Part shown: positions 38,696-48,251 of the stretch, in pieces | Position numbering within the stretch: position 1 is the stretch's first letter | Layout of the letters: the number at the start of each line of letters is the position of its first letter | Origin: Minisyncoccota bacterium | Lineage (GTDB): Bacteria > Patescibacteriota > Minisyncoccia > Phycocordibacterales > GWA1-40-21 | Reading direction: 5' to 3' | Assembly (NCBI GenBank): GCA_041659365.1 | Contig: JBAZYH010000002.1 | Span: 16,065 to 80,064, forward strand | DNA: 64,000 nt | Notes under the pieces: model-generated | The model's database searches: none | Told to the model about the DNA's origin: nothing | What the model saw: only the letters and a program-made list of their open reading frames with translations | Made by a program: the position numbers and the translations under genes

Positions 38696-38859
38696 CTGTA
38701 AACTCCTTTCAAAAGAGTGTTTGTGATTTTTGTAGATAACTTTCTGTTTATATAGTAGCAAGGGATTTGGATGGTGTCAATGGGTGGGGGTGGTAAAAAA
38801 TTAGAAATTAAAAATAGAAAAACCCCGTTCACATTTCGTTACTAGGGGCTTTGTGTTGT

Positions 38860-39261
38860 TCACGAGCAGAGAGCACGGATTGCTGCTTTTTCGAGATCAC
38901 TTCCATCGGCAGTATGGGCGTACATTCTACGTCGTTCTTCTTGTGTGGTAGCGTTATCCAGGATTACCAGCATTGCTATTCTCTCGACCTCACTTCCACT
39001 CGGAGCATTGTTGTATACTTTATATCGCTCTTCTTGGGAGGTGGCATTATCGAGTATTATCTTCAGTGCTTCCTCTCGAATTCCGCCTGTAACAGGACTA
39101 TCGTTATATACTGACCACCGCTTATTTTGGGTGGTTGCAGCTTCGAGACGCATTTTCAACGGAAGATCATCTCCCGTTATAATTCCAAAAGCCCTAGCAA
39201 TTTTTTTCGCAGGAATACCAATCTTTTTTGCTTTTTTGACGCAATCAGCATAAGTTTTCAC
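38860..39261 (-). CDS. hypothetical protein with three ~29-aa helical repeats
   Basis: Repeats AT(T/S)QxxRxxxY...GSxxExxA; own TTGACA promoter; flanked by an exact 34-bp direct repeat. Confidence 0.7.
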   Translation of the reverse strand: MKTYADCVKKAKKIGIPAKKIARAFGIITGDDLPLKMRLEAATTQNKRWSVYNDSPVTGGIREEALKIILDNATSQEERYKVYNNAPSGSEVERIAMLVILDNATTQEERRRMYAHTADGSDLEKAAIRALCS

Positions 39262-39460
39262 TTTTCTTTTCCTTTCTTGAGAGAGAACTTGAACTACTTA
39301 ATATAATATCAAAGTAAAATAAGTGTGTCAATGGTGGAGTGTAATGGTTCAATAACTTGGACTCAAAATATAAGTAATATAAATAAATAGAAAAACCCCG
39401 TTCACATTTCGTTACTAGGGGTCTTAAGTATTTCACCAGTTCTCACTTTCTTGAAGTTTT

Positions 39461-39619
39461 TTATTTTTCCGACAGAAACCTCAAGATGAGGAAGGTACCT
39501 CCGAAAAAAATCCCAGCGGTCAGTTGTTGTGTCGGAGTCAATGTGATTAACCCCATTTTTGCCAAAGATCCTGCTATTAGGGCTTGAAAAGCCATGCCCA
39601 AAACAAGATAACTACTCAT
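39461..39619 (-). CDS. small membrane protein, 52 aa (missing from the ORF track)
   Basis: MSSYLVLGMAFQALIAGSLAKMG...GIFFGGTFLILRFLSEK*; AAAGGAG upstream. Confidence 0.55.
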   Translation of the reverse strand: MSSYLVLGMAFQALIAGSLAKMGLITLTPTQQLTAGIFFGGTFLILRFLSEK

Positions 39620-39790
39620 TGTAAACTCCTTTTTAAGCGGTTAGTTATGATTGTGATTAATGGAAGATTTATCCATAAGCACTGTTCCAGTTAGTATACT
39701 AGCATATCTGTTATAAAAAGTCAAGAGTATATTGGGCGAGAATCGTGAGTACACTTTCGGTCAGGAATAAATTTTTGTTATTATAAAAAA

Positions 39791-39955
39791 GAGATGGGCG
39801 GAATCGGTCTCAAATCACTAAGTATTTTAGAATTATTAAATTCTAAAATACAAAGTGTTTGCGACCCCGACTCGCAAGATTTTTTGCTAAAAATCTTTGG
39901 CTCCGTCTTTCGATTCTCACATGAAAGTGCTACCCAGCACTTTCTCATCTCCACC
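39791..39955. repeat. tmRNA 3'-end mirror element
   Basis: TTCGATTCTCAC[39921-39945]CATCTCCACC is inverted relative to the gene; degenerate direct copy at 39791-39806. Confidence 0.85.
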
Positions 39956-39999
39956 TAAAAAACAAAAAGCACCTCTTACGAGGTGCTAATGTTTTTACA

Positions 40000-40475
40000 G
40001 GTGGAGATGGCGCGAATCGAACGCGCGTGCAAATGATTGTTCCCAATGCTTCTACAAAGTATAGTTTGTTTAGTTTCGCCCGAAAGCGAATTTAAAATTA
40101 TAGACTATAAATAAACAAAACATCTATAATTCGATTCTCTAATTTTCTTTGTGTATCGAGAAGGTACACAATATATCCTGAAAATATATCACCCTAAAAC
40201 ATTTTGTAAACAAAATGTTCGGGCGATCAATTTTTGTATTAACAAAAATTGATTTAGCCCCAACAGCTTATCAGAAATAGGCTGCTAGTGTGTCGCTTAG
40301 GCTAAAGCGTAAGCGAAAGTAAGGTCCTTGGTACCAAAAAATGGTGACACAATGCCAGCTACTTTTGAAGAAATGCTATTTGCATTTGAAGTTCCTTGAT
40401 AGATTTAAGAGTTCACAAGGTTGCTCTACTTTGCGCAAGAGAGAACGGGACCAAATGTCTAGGCCGATCATCCCC
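40000..40475 (-). ncRNA. ssrA: tmRNA
   Basis: 5' GGGGATG pairs with 3' CATCTCC-A-CC including G3.U70; T arm GCGCG-TTCGATT-CGCGC; tag ORF 40383-40297 ending AYALA*; near smpB. Confidence 0.95.
40192..40260 (-). repeat. family-2 repeat inside tmRNA
   Basis: Near-identical to 40474-40542. Confidence 0.85.
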
Positions 40476-40542
40476 CTAAAACATTTTTTACTAAAAATGT
40501 TCGGGCGATCAATTTTTGTATTAATAAAAATTGATTTAGCCA
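40474..40542 (-). repeat. family-2 repeat between the GIY-YIG stop codon and the tmRNA 5' end
   Basis: Two hairpins bounded by CCC/GGG; abuts both neighbours. Confidence 0.85.
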
Positions 40543-40818
40543 CTATTTTGAATCATACCTTATTTTGTTTATATATTCATCAAGAAATTTCTTTTTTTCT
40601 CTTGATCCCCATAAACTTTTTAAAAATCTTTCTCTATTAAAAGCATCTGCTTTGTTTTTGAAAGTTTCTTTATGCATAAGAACAAAAGGTATTCTTTTTG
40701 ATGTTGATTTAACATCTCCTTTATTATGTCTCTCTAATCTTTCTTCTATATTAGATGTACAACCAACATAAAGTTTTTTGTCTTTTTCGCTAAATAATAT
40801 ATAGACAAAATAAGGCAT
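40543..40818 (-). CDS. GIY-YIG nuclease family protein
   Basis: YFVYIL.S.KD.KLYVGCTSN..ERL.RHN.G...ST, A..RE.FLKS..G. Confidence 0.92.
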   Translation of the reverse strand: MPYFVYILFSEKDKKLYVGCTSNIEERLERHNKGDVKSTSKRIPFVLMHKETFKNKADAFNRERFLKSLWGSREKKKFLDEYINKIRYDSK

Positions 40819-40822
40819 GATT

Positions 40823-41269
40823 CTATTCGTTTTTCAATGTTCTTCTTATCTCTCGGTCAGATTCGCGTTTCTTGATAGATTCGCGTTTATCTTTATTCTT
40901 CTTACCTCGAGCTAAGCCAAGCTCTACTTTTAGCTTATGCCCCATATTATACACCGATAATGCTACTATTGTCAAACCATTTTGATTTTCTGTGCCGGCA
41001 AGCCTTTTAAGCTCCTTTTTGGTAAGCAAGAGTTTTCTATTTCTTCGTGGATCGTAATCTTGAGGTGTGTTTTTAGGTTGAAGGGGAGTAATACCAGCTC
41101 CTATAAGAAAGGCTTCATTTCCTCGAATTGTCGCATAAGCCCCATCAAGTGTTATTCGCCCAGCTTTTATTGCTTTAACTTCAAAACCGAGTAGCTCAAT
41201 ACCAGCCGTGATTTTTTCAAGGATTTCATAATTAAAATATGCTTTTCTGTTTTCTGCAAAATTTGCCAT
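40823..41269 (-). CDS. smpB: SsrA-binding protein
   Basis: NRKAYFNY, AGIELLG.EVKAI, RNRKLLL.KKE, ARGKK..DKRE. Confidence 0.98.
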   Translation of the reverse strand: MANFAENRKAYFNYEILEKITAGIELLGFEVKAIKAGRITLDGAYATIRGNEAFLIGAGITPLQPKNTPQDYDPRRNRKLLLTKKELKRLAGTENQNGLTIVALSVYNMGHKLKVELGLARGKKNKDKRESIKKRESDREIRRTLKNE

Positions 41270-41364
41270 AAGTTGTATTTGTATAGTAACAAAATAATAG
41301 GGAATTGAGAAATAAAAAACCGCTCGCCTAGATGAACTAGGCGAGCGGGGTGGTGGAAGACGTT

Positions 41365-41652
41365 TTACTTTTTTTTCTTAGTGTCTGTCTTCCTCCGGAC
41401 TTCGATCGTGTGGTGTGTTGCCAGTGCGGCAATACCAGCAACTGCAGTAAGGAAGGGGGCGACGATCGCGGCTACTGTACCGATTGCTGCTCCCTTGATA
41501 AGGGGTAATTGCAGTTCGATTTTGCCACTCGGATTACTGATCACGAGTTCGTGGGCCCCTCCTTTTTCGATGATCTGTTTCGCTTTAGCTAACAAACGGT
41601 CAGCACTTACTTTGACCTGCTTTTCGATAATTTTGCGATTTAACTTCGCCAT
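41365..41652 (-). CDS. DUF4342-like small protein
   Basis: II.KG....LVI....G....LPL..G..........APFL..VAGIAAL; strong AGGAGG upstream. Confidence 0.7.
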   Translation of the reverse strand: MAKLNRKIIEKQVKVSADRLLAKAKQIIEKGGAHELVISNPSGKIELQLPLIKGAAIGTVAAIVAPFLTAVAGIAALATHHTIEVRRKTDTKKKK

Positions 41653-41763
41653 TTTATCTCCTCCTTCTTTTTGTTTTGTTTCCTATCCAAAAAAAATATT
41701 AAACTATTAAATAATAAAAGTCAATAGTATTTTTTAGAACATTACTTAAGCTTTTAGAACAGC

Positions 41764-41791
41764 TTGACAAATATTTTAAAACATGTATTAT
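41764..41791 (+). promoter_or_regulatory. sigma70 promoter TTGACA-N16-TATTAT
   Basis: Similar TTGACA-N16-TATxxx promoters at 44499, 46308, 48157 and 51643. Confidence 0.7.
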
Positions 41792-41958
41792 GTTATGCAG
41801 ATTATTGTGTTCGTTGACGTTCACATTTAACCTATTAGTTTCAAATTTTAAACGAAAGGAGGCTTAACCGAAAGGATAAGTCACTAGTTTGGTGTTTGTC
41901 GATGTTTGTTGAAGGTATCAAAAACGTTTCAAGTTCAAATCTCAAAAGGAGAATCAGA

Positions 41959-43686
41959 ATGAAGAAGTTGTCCAAGTTGTTCGTGACCTTACTGGTTGGC
42001 GTTTTTGCCCTCCAGACACAGGCAGTGTCCTATGTGAAGTCGGCACCTCTCTCGGAGGTGGTCGGGACTCGGGTTGGTTTGGTTCAGGATGGTGCTGTGC
42101 AGGAACTGCCCATCATCACCTGGGGTGGCGATATCGCTACCATCGTTGCGAACGGTAATCAGGTCAACACGGCGGTCGGCAGCCTCTTCGACAAGGAGGG
42201 GTTGAAGTTTAAGATTGTCCGTGAGGACGTCTTTCCGAAACAGTTGGAAGGCTACATCAGTGGGAAGACCCCGTATTTGCGGGGAACCGTTGGTCAGATC
42301 AACATGGCCCTCGAGCTCCTGTCGAAGGATCCTCGAACCAAGCCGGTTGTTGTTTACACTCTCACCAGGTCAGTTGGAGGAGATTGCCTTGCTGTAAAAC
42401 AGGGGATCAATACGATCAAAGACTTGAAGGGAAAGACTATTGCAGTCAATGCATACAGCCCTCATGTGGAATTCCTCGGAACGGTGCTCGATAGTGCCGG
42501 GCTGATGATGACCGATGTGAAGATTGTGTGGACAAAAGATTTGACTGGTTCGAAGGAAACTCCGGGCCAAGCATTTCTCAGTGATCCGACTGTCGATGCG
42601 TGTTTTGCTATCTCACCTGATGCCAATGCTTTAACGAGCGGTGGCAAAGTGGGAGATGGATCCGAGGGCTCTGCAAAGGGTGCTCGAATTCTCTTTTCAA
42701 CAAAGACAGCAAGTAACGTGATTTATGACGTTTATGCTGTACGCGCCGATTATCTGGCCTCACACCCTGATAACGTTGCGAAGTTCGTCCATGCTTTGCT
42801 TATGGCAGAAGAGAATCTGTCCTTGCTCATGGGAAATTCGAGTACGCGAAAGGCGGAGTACGACAAAACACTGGCGGCGGCTGGAAAGATTATTCTCGAC
42901 AGTGAACAGGCGACAGGTGATATCATTGGTTTGTATGGTGATTGCGAATATGTTGGCTACGTGGGGAACATCAAGTTCCTTGCTACACCGACGGAAGTTC
43001 GTCGCCTCGAAACCTTGTCGTCTGAAATCCAGGAAGCGTTTATCGGTCTTGGGTTGTTGTCTGGTAAGGCGGAGCTTGCGAAAGCAGGTTTTGATTATGA
43101 AGCTCTGAAGAAGGGCTTGATCAAGACAGTTGCTGTGGTGGCTCCGAAATTCCAGGCGGCCGAAGTCGCGAAGGTTATTGATCAGAAGTCGAAACAGGGA
43201 GACAGTGGCTCCATTTTCAGCTTCGAAATCCTGTTCAGCCCAAATCAGAATACATTTAACTCTGAGTTGTATAAGGCAGATTTCGATCGTGCAATCGAAC
43301 TCGCAGCCACATACGGTGGAGCGATTCTCACAATCGAAGGACATGCTGATCCGATGCAATATATCGACAAGAAAGCGGCGAATGCACCCGAGCTGGTGCT
43401 TTCACGTCTTCGTCAGTCGGCAAAGAATCTTTCGTTGACGCGAGCAATCGCTCTACGCGAGAGTCTTCTCAATTATGGCAAACTGAAGATGGTCATTATG
43501 GACCCGTCGCAGTTTGCCGTAGTTGGTCACGGCTTTGAGAAACCGAAAACCGGCCTCAAGAATGGTGAGCCTGTTCGTCCGAAAGATCAGCAGGAGTGGG
43601 CATCGAACATGCGAGTCGTGTTCGAGTTAATTCCTGTTGGTGAAGTGGAGTCCCAGGTGTTTACGCCGGCAGGAGGTGGAAAATGA
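41959..43686 (+). CDS. NMT1/THI5/SsuA-type ABC substrate-binding protein with C-terminal OmpA-like domain
   Basis: Signal peptide; S.GGD...I.TIKDLKGK.IA; C-terminal IEGHAD...NLS..RA..LR...G.G...P......NMRV. SD AAAAGGAG before MKKL. Confidence 0.8.
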   Translation: MKKLSKLFVTLLVGVFALQTQAVSYVKSAPLSEVVGTRVGLVQDGAVQELPIITWGGDIATIVANGNQVNTAVGSLFDKEGLKFKIVREDVFPKQLEGYISGKTPYLRGTVGQINMALELLSKDPRTKPVVVYTLTRSVGGDCLAVKQGINTIKDLKGKTIAVNAYSPHVEFLGTVLDSAGLMMTDVKIVWTKDLTGSKETPGQAFLSDPTVDACFAISPDANALTSGGKVGDGSEGSAKGARILFSTKTASNVIYDVYAVRADYLASHPDNVAKFVHALLMAEENLSLLMGNSSTRKAEYDKTLAAAGKIILDSEQATGDIIGLYGDCEYVGYVGNIKFLATPTEVRRLETLSSEIQEAFIGLGLLSGKAELAKAGFDYEALKKGLIKTVAVVAPKFQAAEVAKVIDQKSKQGDSGSIFSFEILFSPNQNTFNSELYKADFDRAIELAATYGGAILTIEGHADPMQYIDKKAANAPELVLSRLRQSAKNLSLTRAIALRESLLNYGKLKMVIMDPSQFAVVGHGFEKPKTGLKNGEPVRPKDQQEWASNMRVVFELIPVGEVESQVFTPAGGGK

Positions 43687-44426
43687 AGAAAAGTTTTCCG
43701 CTTGTCTGTTGCTTCGTCGCCATGTGCCTTGTTTCGGCCTGTGGTGATGGGGGTAATGTGTCCAGTCAACAGACTGGGCAGGCTGGTGTTTCTCTATCGG
43801 TTAAGTCCGCTGTGAAATACACATGGCTCGATCAGAGTGCTTCGAAGAGCAGTGCCTTGGATGAGAACCTTCTTCGGAAGAATATCTACCTGGTGCTTGA
43901 CTGCTCAAGCAGTATGGCCGAGTCATGCGGTGGTGGGAAGACGAAGATTAATGCAGCCAAGGAGGCGATCAATCGTTTCGTCAGTCTGATTCCGGAGGAT
44001 ACGAACCTCGGATTCCTTACGTTCGAGTTTTCGGATGTTCAGGAAAAAATCCCATTGGGAATAGGAAACCGTAAGGAGTTGATCACAGCGGTCAACCGCC
44101 CAGCGGCAAATGGTTCCACGCCACTAAGTAAGGCAGTGGAAATGGGTTATGAGAAACTCCGTGAGCAAGCCTTAAAACAGCTTGGTTATGGCGAATACCA
44201 CCTTGTGGTTATGACCGACGGTGAAGCAAATCCTGGTTGTGACCCTGGGAAAATCGTCGACAAAATCCTGAAAACATCACCGGTGGTGATTCATGCCATT
44301 GGGATTAATATTGGGAGCGGACACAGTCTCAATCAGCCTGGAAGAACGATCTATAAGGATGCACAAAATCCGAAAGATCTGGAAGATGGGTTGGCGGAGA
44401 TTGCTGCCGAGTCGGAGAAATTCTAG
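43683..44426 (+). CDS. vWA-domain lipoprotein
   Basis: Lipobox VSAC; MIDAS DCSSSM; TPL; TDG. Confidence 0.9.
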   Translation: MKKSFPLVCCFVAMCLVSACGDGGNVSSQQTGQAGVSLSVKSAVKYTWLDQSASKSSALDENLLRKNIYLVLDCSSSMAESCGGGKTKINAAKEAINRFVSLIPEDTNLGFLTFEFSDVQEKIPLGIGNRKELITAVNRPAANGSTPLSKAVEMGYEKLREQALKQLGYGEYHLVVMTDGEANPGCDPGKIVDKILKTSPVVIHAIGINIGSGHSLNQPGRTIYKDAQNPKDLEDGLAEIAAESEKF

Positions 44427-44574
44427 TCGGTTAAATGTGAACAAATAGTGCGAGCCCCCTCCAGTATATCTGGTAGGGGGCTTTCTTTTTGTCTGCTATT
44501 GACAAAATAGTTATTTCATGTATATTTAGGGTTGTTGTTATTTGATATCAAAACGAAAAGCAAGGAGAAAAAGG

Positions 44575-46149
44575 ATGAAAAAAGGTACGGTATTACCGGT
44601 ACTGTTTATGATTATTGTTTTGGTGGGAGTGTTTTCTTACAAAGGGATTCTTCCTCACTTGAAAAACAAGCAACAGAAACAGACGAGTGATTCGAAAGAT
44701 CTCAAGGGGGAAATCTCTTTGGCGATCGATAACTGGATCGGGTATTTTCCCGTCAGTTCTTCTCGGATGAAGAAGTATCTGAGAAGTGAAGGATATGGCC
44801 TTAAGGTTACAGATGACGGCGCGGACTATGCGAGTCGTATGAAAAATCTTAAGGACAGGAAGTACGACTTTGTCGTGGCTACTGTTGATTCGGATATTTT
44901 GAATTCTGCGCCACTCGATTTTCCGGGCACCATTATGATGGTAATCGATGAATCAAAAGGTGCAGACGCTATGGTGGCATACACCAATGTTGTCTCAAGT
45001 CTCGATTCATTTAAGGAGAATCTTCAAGTGAAGATTGGATTCACTGCTGGTTCTCCGAGTCACCATTTGGTGAAGATTGTTGCCTCGCACTTTAGTGTGC
45101 CAGGTTTGAAGAAGTTGGATGGCGCTCATAAGGTTGAGACGAAAGACTCAGACGAAGCATTCAAATTATTCCGTGAAAAAAAAGTTCAGGTTGCTGTGCT
45201 TTGGGAACCGAACGTTTCAAGGGCACTCAAGCTACCTGGTGTAGGGAAGATCATTGGGTCTGAAAGTATCAGTCGAGGTATCGTCGATGTGCTCATGGTT
45301 AACCGTGAGTTTGCATTGAAGTATCCTGAAAAAGTGAACCTTTTCCTTCGGACGTATTTTCGGGTGTTGAAGTTTTATGCTGATAACCCGGAAGATTTGA
45401 AGAAGGACATTCACTCTGAGCTCAAGATTCCTGTGGATTCAATCCCACAAATGCTTGACGGTGTACGTTGGGTAAATCTAACGGAAAACTGTCAGGAATG
45501 GTTCGGAGTAGGTGGTCCTGGTCAGACGTCTGAACAGGGACTGGTGGATACGATCGAGTCTACGGTTTCAATTCTTATTGAGAGTGGTGATTTTAAAGAA
45601 AACCCTCTCCCAGATAAAGATCCTTATCGTATTATTAACAGTAGTTTTGTTTCCTCAATCTACAAGGACGGTGTCAAAACCGGTTTTGCAAGTTTGGAGA
45701 CAGGGGCTACTGGTGCGGTTGTGGGTATTGGTTTGGACCGTCCTTTCAAACAGTTGACGGACGCGCAGTGGGATAGGCTTCGGTCAGTAGGTAGTATCCG
45801 CGTTGACCCGATTATGTTTCAAAGTGGTCTTGCTGACTTGACGATTTCGGAGAAGGAGAAGCTTGATTTGGCGGTAAGCCGTCTCAAGCATTATCCAACA
45901 TTCCGGATTAAGGTTAGTGGGCATACTTCGTCTTCGGGTGATCCTGAGGCGAACGTAGAATTGTCACAAGCAAGGGCTGACTCTGTCGCTCGGTATCTCA
46001 TGATTACTTACAGTGTTGATCAAAATCGCATTAGGTCTGTTGGGTTTGGTGGCAGTAGGCCACTTTCAAAATTGCCTGATGAATCAGATCGCGCTTACGG
46101 GTATCGTCTGCCGAGGGTTGAGCTTTGCCTTTTTGCTGAGACGTTTTGA
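44575..46149 (+). CDS. membrane-anchored substrate-binding protein with C-terminal OmpA-like domain
   Basis: N-terminal TM; DNWIGY, IDESKGADA, VLWEP; C-terminal SGHT...N..LSQARADSV..YL...RI..VGFGG..P...RVE. Confidence 0.85.
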   Translation: MKKGTVLPVLFMIIVLVGVFSYKGILPHLKNKQQKQTSDSKDLKGEISLAIDNWIGYFPVSSSRMKKYLRSEGYGLKVTDDGADYASRMKNLKDRKYDFVVATVDSDILNSAPLDFPGTIMMVIDESKGADAMVAYTNVVSSLDSFKENLQVKIGFTAGSPSHHLVKIVASHFSVPGLKKLDGAHKVETKDSDEAFKLFREKKVQVAVLWEPNVSRALKLPGVGKIIGSESISRGIVDVLMVNREFALKYPEKVNLFLRTYFRVLKFYADNPEDLKKDIHSELKIPVDSIPQMLDGVRWVNLTENCQEWFGVGGPGQTSEQGLVDTIESTVSILIESGDFKENPLPDKDPYRIINSSFVSSIYKDGVKTGFASLETGATGAVVGIGLDRPFKQLTDAQWDRLRSVGSIRVDPIMFQSGLADLTISEKEKLDLAVSRLKHYPTFRIKVSGHTSSSGDPEANVELSQARADSVARYLMITYSVDQNRIRSVGFGGSRPLSKLPDESDRAYGYRLPRVELCLFAETF

Positions 46150-46391
46150 TTAATAGTGGTGGTTGTGTGCTGTGGCCCGTTTCCTTTCGAGGAAACGGGC
46201 CACTTTTACTTTAGCGAAAGTATGTCGCGCAATCGTCCATTGAAGTGCGACGAAAACTAATAGACAGTATCCTTATTATGAGTTGTATTTAATAGTTTAT
46301 GTCACCCTTGACAAAAACTTTAAATATGATATCAATCATGCAGAAGTATCTTTGTAAAAACGTTGAATAAACAGAAAAAGGAGAACAGATA

Positions 46392-48041
46392 ATGGAAACA
46401 GAAATAAATGGGAGATCTTTTCCCGTTTTGCTTTGTTGTACTGTGCTGCGAATGATTTTTCGTAAGCCAGAAATTGACCCAAGCTTTTTCACCTCGGTGG
46501 CAAACTTGGTTAAGGTAAGGACTGACAGTAAGTTTTATGATGTGTCACCTAAGACTGTTGGATCTATACTGGGTGTTAATGAAAAGGATGGTCCTGGATG
46601 GACAGTTGTTTCTTTTCTGCTTGACGGTGGAAAAGAATACAAGGGCCGTTTTCGTACAGGTGGGGAAATCTCACTCGATAATGGCGCTTGTGACCTAGAG
46701 CCGGCTGAACAAGAACAAAGGTGTTATGCCTTGATCAACTTGGCTGGTCAGCTTGTCGAAGTCTTCGTGCCTTTCCTAGGTGTTGAACCTGGAGATACTC
46801 TCAAGCTCGAAAAAAGTACCATGAAAGTGGTAGCGTTTGAAAAAACGACTCCGTCTGGTGGTATTGCTTTTGTCTCACGTATCATCAGTGATACTGTGGC
46901 AGAAGTTGATTATACCGGTGGACGCAGAACAGTTTTCATAGGTAAATTTGCGGGCAAACTAGAGACAAATGGACGGGTCGTTCTTGATCAAAGTGGAAGT
47001 GTAATTATTGAAAACTTTGGTCTTGATGATGATTCATTCAAGCTCGATGGTGCGACACATGTTTCTTGGAATGACATCAAGGGTCAAGAAGAGGCGATTG
47101 GAGATCTTAAAATGTCTATTGAGCTTCCCCAAAGGAAGCCTGAACATTACAAGTATCTTGGTTTGAAACCTTCTGCCGGTTTTCTCTTGTATGGTCCTCC
47201 TGGGTGTAGTAAGACAATGCTTGCTAAAGCAGTCTATACCTCGGTTATGGAAACCTGCAAAGAGAAAGGGATTGAAAATCCTTCGGGAGGTTTCCTTCTT
47301 GTCAGTGGTCCGGAAATTCTCGACAAGTTTGTCGGAGTTCCGGAAGCACTCATTCGTCATCTTTTTGCCAAAGCCCTAATCTTCTACAAGAGGACAGGGT
47401 TTAAGGCGACGATTGTGATTGATGAGTGTGAAGCAATTCTCGCAAAGAGAGATTCGGGTATCAGCAGTGATGTGCTTCGGACGATTGTCCCTGCCTTCAT
47501 CGCACAAATGCAGGGAGTGAGGGAGTCGGGAGCGATTGTTCTTCTGCTGACCAACAAACCAGAAGTCTTGGATAGTGCAGCAATCCGTGATGGGCGTATT
47601 AACGATTGGATTGAAGTAAAGCGTCCGACGAAGGAAGTTGTCCGAGCAATCTTTCTGAATAACATGAAAGCTGTGCCGATTTCTGAGACCACAAGTCTTG
47701 AGAGATTGGCAGATCTTTGTGCAGAGAAGTTGTTCTCTCCGGAGTTGGTTATCTTTGATATCGTAAGGGCTGGTGGCGAGTCGGTAAAGTTTACCCTGGC
47801 AAACATTGTCAGTGGTGCAATGATACCAGCAATCGTCGAAGCAGCTCAGAAGTTCGCACTCAAGAGGGAACTTCAAAAGTATGAACCTTCTGAAGGTATC
47901 AGAGAGGAAGATGTTATCTTTGCTGTTCAACAAAAGTTTAAAAGGAGTTTCGCTTCTGATCACGAGGAAGCTTTGAGGGATTTTGCAAAAAACTTCAAGG
48001 ATGTCGTCGGGATTCAGAAGCTCAAACAAGCGCAGGTGTAA
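46392..48041 (+). CDS. AAA+ ATPase resembling proteasome ATPase ARC/Mpa
   Basis: W.DI.G, LYGPPGCSKT, GPEILDKFVG, IDECE, RDSGISSDV..TIVP, SGAMI..IV..A; beta-rich N-terminal region. Confidence 0.75.
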   Translation: METEINGRSFPVLLCCTVLRMIFRKPEIDPSFFTSVANLVKVRTDSKFYDVSPKTVGSILGVNEKDGPGWTVVSFLLDGGKEYKGRFRTGGEISLDNGACDLEPAEQEQRCYALINLAGQLVEVFVPFLGVEPGDTLKLEKSTMKVVAFEKTTPSGGIAFVSRIISDTVAEVDYTGGRRTVFIGKFAGKLETNGRVVLDQSGSVIIENFGLDDDSFKLDGATHVSWNDIKGQEEAIGDLKMSIELPQRKPEHYKYLGLKPSAGFLLYGPPGCSKTMLAKAVYTSVMETCKEKGIENPSGGFLLVSGPEILDKFVGVPEALIRHLFAKALIFYKRTGFKATIVIDECEAILAKRDSGISSDVLRTIVPAFIAQMQGVRESGAIVLLLTNKPEVLDSAAIRDGRINDWIEVKRPTKEVVRAIFLNNMKAVPISETTSLERLADLCAEKLFSPELVIFDIVRAGGESVKFTLANIVSGAMIPAIVEAAQKFALKRELQKYEPSEGIREEDVIFAVQQKFKRSFASDHEEALRDFAKNFKDVVGIQKLKQAQV

Positions 48042-48251
48042 GATATCTGTGCTCTGAAATAAGTCGCATCCGTTCCGAAAGGGCGGGTGCGATTTTCTTT
48101 TATTTTCCTTTTTTACTTATAGACATTTTTTAATATTAATTATCTAATTTATGCTCTTGACAAAATCTTTAATTCGTGTATAGTACTATACAGATGAAGT
48201 CCTTTGAAAACTTCATGTAAAAACTAAGGAAAAAAGAGAAAGGGATTTTTG

